DNA of 64,000 nucleotides from Octopus vulgaris (Eukaryota), in contig OX597830.1 of NCBI GenBank assembly GCA_951406725.2, forward strand, positions 34,472,001 through 34,536,000, in the 5' to 3' direction. Under the pieces are notes generated by a model. The model saw only the letters and a list, made by a program, of their open reading frames with translations, ran no database searches and was not told where the DNA came from. Position 1 is the stretch's first letter. Every line of letters begins with the position of its first letter. The translations under genes were made by a program, and so were the position numbers. This document shows positions 38,759-53,344 of this stretch, in pieces.

Positions 38759-39869
38759 GATGATGGTGGAAAGAAGAAGAAAATGGAAGCTAGCACACTC
38801 ATTCTCATGAGATCTAAATTGACAGAAATTTTTGAAAATATAAAAAAGAAACACTCGTGTTCTTGACCTGAGCAATGCATGCTGACTTTTTTCAACTCCT
38901 CCCTTCACCCTCCTCTTCACTCCTGCTACACCTTCTCCTTGCCTCCACCTTCTCCTACACCTGCTACTTCTAACTTGTCCTCCTACTTCTCCTGTTCCTG
39001 CTTCATACTTAATAATAAACACACGTTCATGTACGCATGCACACTTGTAGACATCTCTGTATGTATGTATGTATGTATGTATGTATGTATGTATGTATGT
39101 ATGTATGTATGTATGTATTTATGTATGTGTGTATGTATGCATGTATATATGTATATGTATGTTCTTGTACGTACTCATAAATTTACATAAAGCCCACATA
39201 GATGACACTTAAAAACCCCAATTAAATTTTCTAATCATGTTGGCAACGACTCTAACAATTAGCAGCATCACCAGCATCACAATAATTATCATTATCCATA
39301 CATCCATAGAATATATATCCATATACATATGTCCATATACACATATATGTGTGTGTGTATACATGCATGTACATACATACATACATATATATATATATAT
39401 ATGTATATATTTATATATATAACATCATCATCATCATTATTATGATAATGTCTCATTATTATCATTGTCACAGCAACTACTATCCGACTATCATCAAAGG
39501 ATTCACAAAGCATCATATTCATCATAATGATCTTGATCATCTGGATCCCTACCTTAAACCATCACAAGCACTAATTCAATGGCCACAATACAACCATTGT
39601 CAGCACCATTAATATAATCATTATGATCAATAATGTCATTACCTGCCTTCTCACAACGACTATCATCAACATCATTATCAGCATAACCGTTATCGTTATC
39701 TCCATAGTCGTTATCATTATACTCATATCAACAAAGGGACATTTTAGTGACCTAATGAACACAATCATGTTGTTGTTGTTGGTGATGTTATTTAGCCCTA
39801 GGAGACCTATGATCAGAGCATTCCAGCTCTGACCTGTCTGAGTTATCATAATATTAAATTTTATTTTCA

Positions 39870-40312
39870 AATTTTGGCAAATTTTGGAGAAGGGGCATAG
39901 CTGAATAGATCAACTCCAGTACTCAACTGACGCTTGCTTTATCGATCATAAAAGGATGAAGGCAAAGTTGACCATGGAAGAACTTGAACTCAGAACATAA
40001 AGATGGAGAAAATATCACTAAGCATTTTGCCCAGCAAGCTAACGATTCTGCCAGTTCACCATCTTAATATTAAATAGTATTATATTAACTAAGGATAAGG
40101 TGGCAAGCTGGCAGAATCATTAGCATGACTGGAAAAATGCTTAGCAGTATTTCATCTGCCGATACATTCTGAGTTCAAATTCCACCAGGGTCGACTTTGT
40201 CTTTCATCTTTTCAGGTTTGATTAAACAAGTACCACTTATGCACTAGGGTTGATGTAATCGACTTAATCCCTTCCCCCATATCTGAGGACTTATGCTTCC
40301 AGTAGAAAGGAT
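39870..40312. mobile_element. Divergent pair of SINE A copies (39870-40065 -, 40098-40312 +)
   Basis: Both match family A, with a ~30 bp spacer. Confidence 0.75.
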
Positions 40313-40365
40313 CATATTAACTAAGGATCATATTTTCTGATATATCTTATAGATTTAGGTTCCTT

Positions 40366-40720
40366 CATTCATTCATTAAGCCCTTTGCTCCCTGTGGAGT
40401 ATAGGTTATTGGCAACCTTTCTCTGCTGCTCTTGACTCTGATCGAATCTATCTAGTTTGCTTTTTCAGTTCAGCCTTAATATCGCAGGTCAAGCTAATTT
40501 TAGGGTATTCCTACTTTCTGTTCTGTTTTTCTTGATGTGCAATGCAGGATGCTGGTTTCCCGAAGTTGTGGCCTATCCATCCTTCGAGATTTTGCTGCAT
40601 ATGTTTCCTAGGTCTTGTTGGATTTGAATTGCCATGAATGCTCCTGTATCTTTGCTTTTTCCTAGACAGGAGTGTTGGCTCTCTTCAGACCCACTTTCAC
40701 ATCTGGCAAGAGGTGATTCA
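40366..40720 (-). mobile_element. Highly degenerate RTE LINE 3' fragment
   Basis: Minus strand has a GW(I)GH(N)..RKPAS-like segment and ends ...RKVANNLYSTGSKGL followed by a (GAAT)n tail. Confidence 0.6.
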
Positions 40721-40972
40721 TATTAGTCTGGGCTCTGTCTTTTGACCTGTCCTGGATAGAAGTCTGTACCTGGAGCTTTCACTTTGCTGGCATAACTCTT
40801 GGAGACATTGAGGCACAGAAACCACCCCAAAACAACAAATACTGAGCCATGTGGAGGTCTTTTTAAAGATGATTGGGTGAAATTTTGGAGAAGTTTTACT
40901 GGTATTTCTAGTATAGAAATATCCCAAACACTGCAGCAAAATACCTCACAAACCTAAAAATCTTAAATCTTA

Positions 40973-41971
40973 TAGGCGCAAGAGTGTCTATATGGTAAGT
41001 AGCTTGCTTACCAACCACATGGTTCCAGGTTCATTTGCACTGCATGGCACCTTGGGCAAGTGTCTTTTACTATAACCTCGGGCTAACCAAAACCTTGTGA
41101 ATAGATTTGGAAGATGGAAACTGAAAGAAGCCTGTCGTATATATGTATATATGTATATATATATGTATGTTTGTATCAATGTTTGTGAGTCTGTGTTTGT
41201 CCCCCCAACATCGCTTGACAACTGATGGTGGTGTGTTTACATCCCCGTAACTTAGTGGTTTGACTGAAACGAGTAAAAGAGGCTGCATGATCATCAGGTT
41301 CGTGTGGGGGGATGTTGTATTGTTATTGTTGGTGGTGGTCATTGTTATTTTTGAGCTAGCATTGATTATGATTACATCTATGATGATGATGATGATGACG
41401 ATAATGTAGGTGGTGGTGGGGGATTGATGTAAATATAATGCTACTGATGATGATGATGATGGTGATGAGGATTTTGTTCTTAGCTCTCAGTCAGCTCTGA
41501 AGTCAAGAAGACATTTAACCAAACATACACCAGCCATAACATACCTGATGTTTTGTATAACTTATGGTAAACCTGCGCCATGAACTGGCATGCTGTTCTC
41601 TTTTTTTCCAATTAGTTGGGTAATATCACTGTTACTTTTTGTCAGTATTATGAAGCTATCCCATTCATTGAAAATCCTTGTCACCCATGGTTTATATTAT
41701 TTCATCTCTGAGAATTCCATTTTTTTTCAAAATTCTAGAACTGTATTTTCCAATGTATCTTTCTCTTTTACTCTCTTTTACTTGTTTCAGTCATTTGACT
41801 GCGGCCATGCTAGAGCACCGCCTTTAGTCGAGCAAAATCAACCCCAGAACTTATTCTTTGTAAGCCTAGTATTTATTCTATCAGTCTCTTTAGCTAAACC
41901 ACTAAGTTACGGGGATGTAAACACACGGTTGTCAAGCGATGTTGTGGGGACAAACACAAACACACAAACAC

Positions 41972-42044
<73 letters not shown>

Positions 42045-42205
42045 CATATATATGATGGGCTTCTTTCAGCTTCTGTCTACCAAATCCACTCACAAAGGTT
42101 TTGGTTGGCTCGAGGACACTTGCCCAATGTGCCACGCAGTGGGACTGAACCCAGAACCATGTGGTTTGTAAGCAAGCTACTTATCGCACCGCCACTCCTA
42201 CGCCT
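40973..42205. mobile_element. Convergent SINE B pair (40973-41280 +, 41763-42205 -)
   Basis: Match to SINE B. Confidence 0.8.
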
Positions 42206-42391
42206 GTTAGGAATATCAGCAAAATCTCCCTCAAATCAAAACAAATGCTCTTAGAAAAAAAAAGAAAGAGGCATGCTGGAAAACAGTACCCTAGGTACCT
42301 TGTTGATAAACATATACAATAAATGAATCATGTCATTCCTGGCATACTTTTAAGAATGCATCTAGTTGATCAGGGTTCACCGAGGTTAAAT

Positions 42392-42422
<31 letters not shown>

Positions 42423-42575
42423 GCCAACAATATGATGTTTACTCTGTTTCTGAAAATGTGGTGACCAACTGTTTCCAGTTTTCTTCCTCCCACTCTTCTT
42501 CCTCCTGATCCCTTCTCCTTCAGCATCTTACTACTTTGTATATAATGTACTTAATTTCTAATAGATGGTGACTAG

Positions 42576-42619
<44 letters not shown>

Positions 42620-42629
42620 ACTTTCTCTG

Positions 42630-42711
<82 letters not shown>

Positions 42712-43244
42712 CATATATACATATATATATATGTATGTATGTTTATGTACGTATTTGTTTTATTCATTAATTTTTTGCACATTTTTGTTTTGGTTTTTTT
42801 TTCAAAATTCATTCATTATTGCGTGTTTTTATTAGATGTTTTATTTCTAAGTTAATTATTGGTTTACTTCTTGAAAATATAAGTTTAGAAAAAATATATA
42901 TATATAATATAAATTAAAAAAATAAGGTAATAAAAATATTACCCTATTAACCCTTGCATATAACCCAACACAACATTCCCCCTACTCCTTTTTGAACTTT
43001 GATCTTCAACTTTGCAACTTTCCATCTCATATACTTATATTATTTTTGAAAATTTATTTCATGTTATTATTTTTAATTTTAATTTCTATTTATAATTTCA
43101 TAAAAAAATTATTATTTTGTTTATGTTTATTTTCAAAATGACACTTTGTGAAAAAATAATTTTTTTTTTGTTATTAATTTTTACTAAAATTAACACTTTA
43201 TTTATGCTTTTAATCATCATGATTGTCATCATCATAGTCATCGT

Positions 43245-43545
43245 ATTTCTTCTTCTTCTTCTGCTTCCTCTTCTTCTTCTTCTTCTTCCTCCTCCTCCTC
43301 TTCTTCTTTTTCTTTCTCTTTTTCTTCCTCCTCCTCCTCCTCTTTCTTTTTCTTTCTCTTCTTTTTCCTCCTTTTCTTCTCTTCTTCTTCTTCCTCCTCC
43401 TCCTCTTTTTCTTTCTCTTCTTCTTCCTCCTTTTCTGCTTCCTCTTCTTCTTCCTCTACTTCTTCTTCTTCTTTCTCTACTTCTTCTCCTTCTTTTCCTT
43501 CTTCTTCTTCTTCTTCTTCTTCTTCTTCTTCTTCTTCTTCTTCAT
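43245..43545. repeat. (CTT/CCT)n polypyrimidine tract
   Basis: About 300 bp almost purely pyrimidine on the plus strand. Confidence 0.95.
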
Positions 43546-44719
43546 TGTCGTTGTTGTCATCATTGCCACTGTCACCTTCTTCATCCTCTATATGATAATA
43601 TTGTATCAATATTTCAATATTTTAAAGTATTTAAAATTAATATTGTATATTAATGTTTATTTTTGAAATGTTAATTTTAAAAATATATGTGTTATGTTGA
43701 AATTTATTTTTAATGAACTATATACACACACACACCTACACAAATATATGTGTATATATGTTTGTGTGTGCATTTATATATATATAAACTCACACACACA
43801 CACACATATATATATATGTATATATATAAACACACACACATACATGTATATGTGTGTATGTATCATAATTATTATATTACATGCATACGCACACAACACA
43901 CATTTGTATATCTAAGAAGGTAGTTAGGTGCTGATAGTGGAAAACTTTCCAAATGTGTCTTCTGTAGAAAAAAAAAAGCTAAGTACAGACTACAGGATTA
44001 GAGATGCAGAGTTGAAATTAATTCTTAATTACTTGGACTTAAATTCCTACATGGAAAAGTAAAGTCGTCAGCACTAATAAAAATTTGTTTTCAGAAATGG
44101 CAAAAAAAGATCTTGCAAAAATTTCTGTTAAGGAAAAAGAATTACATGGAAAAATGATGAAAATATGCTGTAGGTAATGAATATCGATTATGGACATGTT
44201 TCAGTGTTATCAAACCTTTTCAGTTCATAGTATATTCAGTGGTGTCCAGGAGCCCAGAACAAATTAATAGTGGTCTATTTTGTGTGCAGAGCATCCACTC
44301 ATAAGAAAAATATATGTATCATACTCTTCATCGTAATCATGAATTTACATCCACTTATCTATGCTGGTATCATTTAGATTTCACAGCATTTCATTTTATA
44401 GGACATTTAGCAATATAGAAAACTGGTTGGCACAATGAAAAAGTAGAAGCTGAACAATGACTACCTGCTCTCTCTCTCTCTCTCTCTCTCAATCTCTCAC
44501 TTTCCACATATATATATATGTATATATGAAAAAATAAGATGACAAAGGAATAAACAATTATCTTATGAAATTCATAACCTTACAGCTGTTTCTGTGTTTC
44601 TACTATATGGTACAGTGGACTCATTGTTGAGGGTCTGGATAACACTTTATATCTTCATCTTAATGAAGCTATGAGGTGTTATTCAAGGACTTATCTATAT
44701 ATATTTATATATATATATA

Positions 44720-45455
44720 GGGAAGAATTCATGAAAAAACAAAAGATAAAGACAGGTAGTGTAGACAACAAACAAATGTATTAGTTTAACGCTTGGGAAG
44801 TGTAAAAGTCTTTAATGTTTCAAGCCTATGCTCTTTCACAGAAAGGAACACAGAAAGAAACAAGGAAAGAAAATAAAGAATGTGTAGTGGTTAGCAATCT
44901 ATCATGGGGAATGCCGGACAGAGGGGTCACACAGGAGAGCTAGGAAGAAGGGGAGATAATAAAGTAGTGGTGAGCCTAAAATGAAGGTGCGTGTGCATGT
45001 GTATAAGAGAGCATGTATGTGTGTGTGGAAGAGGGCTGGTAACCTTGACATGTGTGTTTTTGTGGATGTGGAACTGGGAAGTGGTCAGTGCAAGTGTGTA
45101 CGTGGTGGTGTGATGTGATTTGATGTGGTGTGATGTGGTGTTGTGTGGTATGGTGGTGTATGGTGTAGTGGTGTGTGGTGTGATGGTGTTGGAATGTGGG
45201 GGAGGCAAGAGTGGGGAAAGCAAGGGTGGGGGTAGAGGTTGGGCATGTGGCAGTGGGTGTAAGGGATGGGATGGATAGGGAAGGTGGGGCTGGATTGTGT
45301 AGTGGTGGGGTTATGAGGGAGGGGTGACAATGAAGGGAGAGGGGGAAGGGAGAAAGTGGGTTAAGAGGGAAAGAGAGAACATTAATCCCTGTTCACGGCG
45401 CAAATGGGAGTCCGGGTGGCCCCTGTGCAAGGACAATCTGAACACAGACATGTGT
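44720..45455 (-). mobile_element. 3' end of a Neptune-type PLE: last residues of GIY-YIG, C-rich UTR and pLTR with hammerhead-like motif (44808-44845)
   Basis: Minus strand 45455-45375 gives SVFRLSLHR/(G)HPDSHLRREQGLMFSL with a frameshift. Downstream cugugaaa-gagc(auag)gcuu-GAAACAUU resembles a decayed minimal hammerhead. Confidence 0.6.
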
Positions 45456-45837
45456 TGTGAAGATTACATATATGTATATATATATATATATACTAGTTTC
45501 AAAATTTGGCACAAGGCCAGCAATTTCGGGGGAGGGGACAAGTTGATTAGTGGTACCTATTTTATTGACCTCAAAAGGATGAAAGGCAAAGTCAGCTGCA
45601 GTGGAATTTGAACTCAGAACAAACTCAAGTCTATAGTAAGAGATACTTTCCGAAGGTGCCATACAGTGGGACTGAACCTGGAACCATGTCATTGTGTCAA
45701 CTCACTTATTACTTCGATAAAAGTGGGTTTGGCAAGACACAGGATTCCTTTCCTAATGCAAACCACTCCAAGAGTGTAGTGGGTGCTTTGTGTGTGTGTG
45801 TGTTTGTGTTTATATACATATGTATCTGTATATGTGT

Positions 45838-46040
45838 CATCATCATCATCATCATCGTTTAACGTCCGTTCTCCATGCTAGCATGGGTTGGACGGTTTGA
45901 CCGGGGATCTGGGAAGCCAGAAGGCTGCACCAGGCTCCCGTCTTATCTGGCTATGTTTCTACAGCTGGATGCCCTTCCTAATGCCAACCACTCCGTGAGT
46001 GTAGTGGGTGCTTTTTACGTGTCACCTGCACTGGAACCAG
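45838..46040 (-). mobile_element. Family C element
   Basis: (cat)n-cgtttaacgtccg..ctacagctggatgcccttcctaatgccaacc. Confidence 0.8.
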
Positions 46041-46171
46041 GTGTATATATATATAATAATATCTGTATACATGTATATATGTATATATATATATATATGT
46101 GTGTGTGTGTTTGTGTGACTGTGTATGTATATATGTATGTATATATATATGTATATATATATATGTATGTA

Positions 46172-46216
<45 letters not shown>

Positions 46217-46814
46217 ATATATATATATGTATGTATGTCTGTGTATATATATATATATAAATATATGTGGGCTAGTGACCTATATTTTTTATTCAAATAT
46301 TTGTGAATATTTTAAAAACTTATTTATATTTTTTTACATTTCTTAGATATTTAGGTATTTTTAATTGTTTCCTACATATAGACATCTATTTTTTTTACCC
46401 ACAATTTGAATATAATTAAATTTCAAAAATTTTCAAAATTCTATTTTATAAAATATTTTCATCTTGGAAATAATTTCAATGATAATATTGCACACTTTTT
46501 TTTAATTCTTTTCAACTTGCTATTACAGATGTCAGCAGTGCTGCTACTGCTGCTGTTGTTATTGTTGTTGTTGTTGTTGTTGTTGTAGTTGGTGGTGGTG
46601 CTGACGGTGGTGCTTTACTACTCCTTTGATTTTCGGCATTTCTTTATATTTCTCGATCATTTATGATTCAAATATGATCATATGATAGAATAGTGGATTT
46701 TTAAAAAAATGATATTTTAATTATGTGCCAGTTTGTGTGTGTGTGTGTTGCATTAATATGTTATTGACTAAACACACAAATACATATCTATATCTATTTA
46801 TCTATCTATCTATC

Positions 46815-47057
<243 letters not shown>

Positions 47058-47237
47058 TAGATAGATTGATAGATAGATGATCTTATTAGCAAAAGAAAAT
47101 TTGGAACTGCTCAGTGGGATCAAAACAAACTTATAAATTTTCAATTTTCTTGCTTCGTTTTTTTTTCTAATTATGCAAGAAAAAAATTATTTATTTGATT
47201 TCATTTAGGAAAAGATTTAATATTTTCAGAATAGAAT

Positions 47238-47342
<105 letters not shown>

Positions 47343-48493
47343 GTGTATGTATATATGTGTGTGTGTGCATATATATATATGTGGGATGGTGAATAAATGT
47401 GTGAATGAGTGTTTATGTATGTTTCTATATATTTACATATGTATGTATGCATGCATGCATGTATGTATGTATGTATGTATGTATGTATGTATGTATGTAT
47501 GTATGTATGTATGTATGTATGTATGTCTGCATGCATGCATGCATGCATGTATGTATGTATGTATGCATGTATGTATATATGTTTGTGTATATGTATGTAA
47601 GACTATGGGGAAACTACCATGAGGAGTAGAGCTTCCAACATTTCAGACAGTTCTTCTTCAGGATTAAGATGACAGGAGGAGAATAAAAATGAATGATGCA
47701 AAATTTTACACCCTTCATGTTTGTGCAAATGGCTGCATCTGATGGGGAACTCAAAACAATATAAGCTTACATTTGTAGGTAAGTAGTTGTAGGGGAGAGA
47801 ATCTAGATAAACAAGGAAGAAGAAAGTAAAAAGGAAATGATATAGAGTACTGCTTTGCAACCTTTTTTCACTTATGGTACACTTATATTCTTTTCAAAAT
47901 TCAGCAACACACCTGAACTAAATACATAACTAAGAGTACAGGGAAAAATTATATTCGGGTTACATTGCAGCACATGTAGTATTGTCTCATTGCACACCAG
48001 TGTGCCACAGTATACCAGCTGAGGAGAACTGATATAGAAAAGTGTGCAAGGGTGAGATGAAAGTGAAAACTTAATTGAAGTGAAAGGGGAGCTACCTTTT
48101 AAGAAATGGATTATGGAACTAACAATATGTGTGAAAATAGAAGGAAAAACGTTAATTTAAACCCTTCATGGTTCTAAGTTTGAATAATATGCCATCTCTT
48201 CTAATATCTTGAGTATACAGAACCACGATCTGAAGACACATAGATAAATGGTAAAATGGAGTGGCCTGTTTTATTGAAGTGGGTTGTATGAAGATTACAA
48301 CATATTTATCCCTGTTCACTTCACTTGAATCCTATAAGTCTAACAAGGGACCAAGTCCATCAGTGGTTCTCATTAATTTTTTATCTATGGAGCCCTTCGG
48401 TTCCTATTTTCTTCTGTTCGACCTTCATAGCCATTCGAAGTATATAAAAAAAATCATCCCACTGTATTTTTATAATCAAATATTATAAGAGAT

Positions 48494-48900
48494 TACTCTT
48501 TTACTCTTTTATATGTTTCAGACATTTGACCGAGGCCATGCTGGAGCATCGCCTTTGGTCAAAAGAAATCACACCCAAGGATTTTTCTTTGTAAGCCTAG
48601 TACTTATTCTATCGGCCTCTTTTGCTGAACCACTATGTTTCAAAGACTTAAACACACTAACATCGGTTGTCAAGCAATGGTAGGGGGACAAACACAAAGA
48701 CACACACATAAATATATATATATATAGATAAGTACATATATATATACACGACAGGCTTCTTTCAGTTTCTGTCTACCAAATCCACTCACAAAGCTTTGGT
48801 CGGCCCGAGGCTATAGTAGAAGACACTTGCTCAAGGTGCCACACAGTGGGACTGAACCCATGTCGCTGGGAAGCAAGTTTCTTGCCACACAGTAATACCT
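48494..48900 (-). mobile_element. SINE family B
   Basis: Match to SINE B. Confidence 0.8.
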
Positions 48901-49471
48901 GTATGAAAAATTTTAATTCCTGTGTTTTGTAGAAGTATAAACAATTTATTTCCAATAACAGCAAAATCTTATATTGACCCCCTACTTCTCGTATGTCATA
49001 TACATATACAGGCGTTAGCAACACATAGACACACACACAGACACTTTCACACCCACATATGTAAACAGATGGTGAGCAAGGCAATGATAGGACCTTCACA
49101 CAGTTGTATCGCCTGCTAGCAATAACAACCCAATTTCTCTCCACAGAGGTCATATTGGAAGTTCTAATACTAGATAAATAAAAATGTTACAATAGGCAAA
49201 ATAATTTTTAACATCGGTTTATCTATCTATCTATTTACGTATCTATCTATCTATTTATCTACGTATCTATGTATCTTTCTATTTATCTACGTATCTATCT
49301 ATCTATCTACCTATTTGTCTGTCTGTCTTATAAGTAGGTAAGAATATAATACTTTCCCTATACTTGATATGTGCAGACATCATCTCGATAGTTTTAAACA
49401 TACTTGTGGCTTGTTCTGGTTTTTTTTAAACTTTTAATTCTGTATTTGACATATACTTGATTTTACATGAT

Positions 49472-49513
<42 letters not shown>

Positions 49514-50039
49514 TAATTCATATTTATAATGTATAATTTTAAAATTTTAATTCTTAATATTACAAAGTATAATTTTTATTCTTAATTTTTTTTTAAATTT
49601 TTTATTCTTAGTTTCTAATTCTTAATTTTTAATCTTTAATACTTAATTGCATTGCTTATTTTTAAAGGGATGTAAAATTAGATATATATATTTTGAAATA
49701 GAACCTAAAGAGATGTTGGAATAATTGTAAAGCTGATGATTGCATATATGTATTTATATATGTATATATATAGGTATACAGTTGTGTATATGTTTATATA
49801 TTGCAATCTTCCAATACTGAAACACGTGTAGTTCCTTCATATTTAATAAATTTAAGTATTAACTAAAGTATAATATAATTAATGAAGTATATTATATAGC
49901 TGGTAATTTAGGTTATATCCTTTAAGTGTTATTTCATGATGTGCAAACTGACACCATGAGTTTACTGTCAGATATACTCATTGGGTTATTTTTGCATTAT
50001 CTGAAACAGAATACCCGCATAATGCTTAATCCCAAAATA

Positions 50040-50610
50040 TTGCAAGAACCACATCTGCTCTTTATGTAGAGTGGTTCTCTGTCTCAATGTCATACTTGTC
50101 TGTCCTATATAGTGATATCCACAACCTGACAAGGTTATTACATAAATTAGATTCTCAGAGGCACAAGTGAAGTTAGTTTTAATTGTGAACCTCTCTCCTT
50201 GTTTGAAAAGGAAATCTGAGCCTTCAAGTAGGTTGGGGCATGTTCCACAGTTTGGGCATCCACATTTTTTAACTGTTGGTTTTTTGGTTGTTGTGTAAAG
50301 CTTTTTATTTGTTAGAAGTCTCTTTTCCGATTTCTGTTGCTTTCTGCATTTGATGAATTGATGTGCTTTCAGGATGTTGTTCATTTTGGAGTCTCTAGTT
50401 AGTAAAGGAAGATTTTGCACAACAATGTGGTATGCCTCATTGTTTCTAGGTTTGTGTGTTGATATATACAGTGGTGTTTTGAGATGAGGTGCAGCGTTAT
50501 GTTTTGTTATCCTTAGCGTTTTATGTCTAATTTCTTGGCACACTTAATTCCATCATCTATAAGTGAAGGTGGATATTGTCTTTCAGTTAGTGTTGTTCTG
50601 AAGTCTTTAT
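50040..50610 (-). pseudogene. Degenerate Neptune-type PLE GIY-YIG fragment
   Basis: CGCPNCGTC..NFTCASENLIYVITLSGCG..YIGQTS..LRQR..LH, homologous in layout to 8436-9146. The C-terminus is truncated. Confidence 0.8.
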
Positions 50611-51204
50611 AAATGGTAAAAGGTCATTAATAATAATGGAAATTATTTCAATGAGTAAATTTTATTGAAAGCTCAATCATTTATACCACTTTGTGCATAT
50701 TAAAAAAAACACTCAGAACTTTCCAGACAACCTAATATATATTTTCATACATTGTCCTTTGATGTACAAACATTAGGCAATCACACCCAGGTGATCCAAA
50801 CAAGATTGACCAAACTCCAACTTGTGTCTAGTTAGCACTGCCCCTGGTGGCATTCACTGCTCATCCCAGAGCTCATCTTTCCTGATATGCAATTGTTTCC
50901 ATGCAGCCTCTGTTGTCTCTATCATAAGCTTGATGGCCTTTTGTTCACTGGCTTCTGTGATGAAACACATGTTGTAAACTCTGCAGATGGACTGGCTGGC
51001 AAACCCTCTGCATCTACCTCACTGCTTCTGTGTAGCGCCAACAGCCCAGGTATATATTTCTTCTCTTACTCTCATTTGCCTTCTCAGAAACGGTTTTAAC
51101 AGAAACACCAATTTAGATGCTTCTCTGCATATAACATGGTAAACATGCATGTGTGTGTGTGTGTATTAATATATTGTATAACGATGAATATATATACATA
51201 GGCA

Positions 51205-51420
51205 TATTCTTTTCTACTATAGATACAAGGCCTGGAATTTGGGGGAAGGGAGATAGTTGATTACATCAACCCCAGTGCTTTAGTGGTACTCAATTTATTA
51301 ATCCCAAAAGGATGAAAGGCAAAGTCGACTTTGGTGGAATTTGAACTCAGGACATAAAGATGGATGAAATACTGCTAAGCATTTTGCCCGGCGTGCCGAC
51401 AATTCTGTCAGCTCATTGTC
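51205..51420 (-). mobile_element. SINE family A
   Basis: Match to family A. Confidence 0.8.
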
Positions 51421-51519
51421 TTTAAATATATATATACATATTATGTGTATAAACTTATACATATTGCAAAAATATATATGAAAATTTGTATGCATATATA
51501 TATATATATATATATACAT

Positions 51520-51863
51520 ACAATTGCAGCGTGGAAGGTATTTGTAAGCCATTTAAGAAACATCCAAAAGTCGTTCGATTCACTTCAACATTTAAGTTTA
51601 ATTTGTCAAAATATTTTCGTCGCTATAAGACCGCGACCTGTTCACTGACAAAAATCTGTGACGCAACACGGATTTTTGTCAGTGAACAGGTAGCGGTCTT
51701 ATAGCGACGGAAATATTTTGACAAATTAAACTTAAATGTTGAAGTGAATCGAACGGCTTTTGGGTGTTTCTTAAATGGCTTACAAACACCTTCCACGCTG
51801 CAATTGTTTTCGTTCCAGCACATGATCTCAGATCAAATCACTTGCTATGCAAGTACATCTCCG

Positions 51864-51866
<3 letters not shown>
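51520..51866. mobile_element. Asymmetric palindrome (141 bp arms 51520-51660 / 51667-51807 plus ~60 bp tail) in (TA)n, with two divergent hammerhead-like motifs
   Basis: Arms differ at only a handful of positions, with a 6-nt loop acgcaa. Confidence 0.85.
51602..51652 (-). ncRNA. Minimal hammerhead ribozyme motif with G3-C8 swapped core
   Basis: Minus strand: uuuguca-GUGAACA-g-gucgc(ggucuuaua)gcgac-GAA-AAUAUU-U-ugacaaa. 7 bp stem I, 5 bp stem II, palindromic stem III. Confidence 0.7.
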
Positions 51867-51911
<45 letters not shown>

Positions 51912-52667
51912 ATAGACTCATATTGTCATTGAATGCTCGAAATAATGAGTAGATAGACGGCCGATATCTGAAGAGTCGTTCTCTGTGTTACTTGTCCTGT
52001 TCTCCATATGTTTCTTTCATTGTTTTGGGATTCAACTCATTTGTTTTCGTACTTCATGTTGTTTACACAGTTGGTGATGTCCTGTATGCATATATATATA
52101 TATATATATATATTGTGTGTGTGTGAGTGCATATTCATGCATGCATACATATGTGTTTGCATATGCGCAAATATATCGACACACAAGTCAGTACAGGTGT
52201 GTATATAGCGTCAGTAAAAAGAAAATGGATGGAAACCCACATTTGGCAGGACACAGTGAGTGGTGCATTGATGGTGAATAGGACTGAGAACAAAAAAAAT
52301 GGAAAGGTGAATGTGGAAAAGATGTCTGTTAATGTCGGGTGATGAGGTAATTCTATTTAATAGTTGTGGTTTTATCATGATGGCGTTGGTTGGTAGTGGT
52401 GGTGGTGGTGAACATTTAAGTGCAAAATTGTCAATATAATTATCTACACTAGTCTGTACAGCAATGTTTTTTCAAGCTTCATTTGTAATATTTGTGTTTT
52501 GAATTTTGTTGTTGTTAGTAGCAGCAGCAGCTGCAGTATTAGTAATGGTGGTGGTTAGGGGTTACAGTGATAGTTGTGATTTTAGTTGTGATATTAGTGC
52601 TATTTGCATTAGTAATATTGGGGGTGATAATACCAGTTGTAGTAGATTTGGTAGTTGTAAGTAGTCC

Positions 52668-52762
<95 letters not shown>

Positions 52763-52769
52763 TATATAC

Positions 52770-52821
<52 letters not shown>

Positions 52822-52846
52822 TTATATATATATGTATATATATATG

Positions 52847-53008
52847 GGTGCAGGAGAGGCTGTGTGGTAAGTAGCTTGCTTACTAACCACATGGTTCCGG
52901 GTTCAGTCCCACTGTGTGACATCTTGGGCAAGTGTCATCTACAAGAGCCTCAGGCCGACCAAAGCCTTGTGAGTGGATTTGATAGACGGAAACTGAAAGA
53001 AGCACGTC

Positions 53009-53102
<94 letters not shown>

Positions 53103-53306
53103 TTGTGTGTCTGTGTTTGTCCTCCCAACTTCACTTGACAACTGATACTGTGTGTTTACGTCCCCATAACTTACTGGTTCAGCAAAAGAGACAGATAGAA
53201 TAAGTACTAGGCTTACAAAGAATAAGTCCTGGGGTCGATTTGCTCGACTAAAGGTGGTGCTCCAGCATGGCCACTGTCAAATGACTGAAACAAGTAACAG
53301 AGTAAA

Positions 53307-53308
<2 letters not shown>
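52847..53308 (+). mobile_element. SINE family B, full length
   Basis: Match to SINE B. Confidence 0.85.

Positions 53309-53344
<36 letters not shown>

Noticed and set aside
43117-43653. Poly-Glu/Lys and poly-Leu ORFs
   Set aside because: Translation of a (CTT/CCT)n tract.
47850-48490. hAT/Charlie-like MITE ends (cagtggttctca.., also near 26700 and 44203)
   Set aside because: Only single degraded termini are visible, and no matching TIR pair with an 8 bp TSD could be established.
49325-49395. Additional hammerhead remnant on the minus strand
   Set aside because: It has a GAAAGUAUUA-like half and a weak stem II, but no valid 5' core or stem I.
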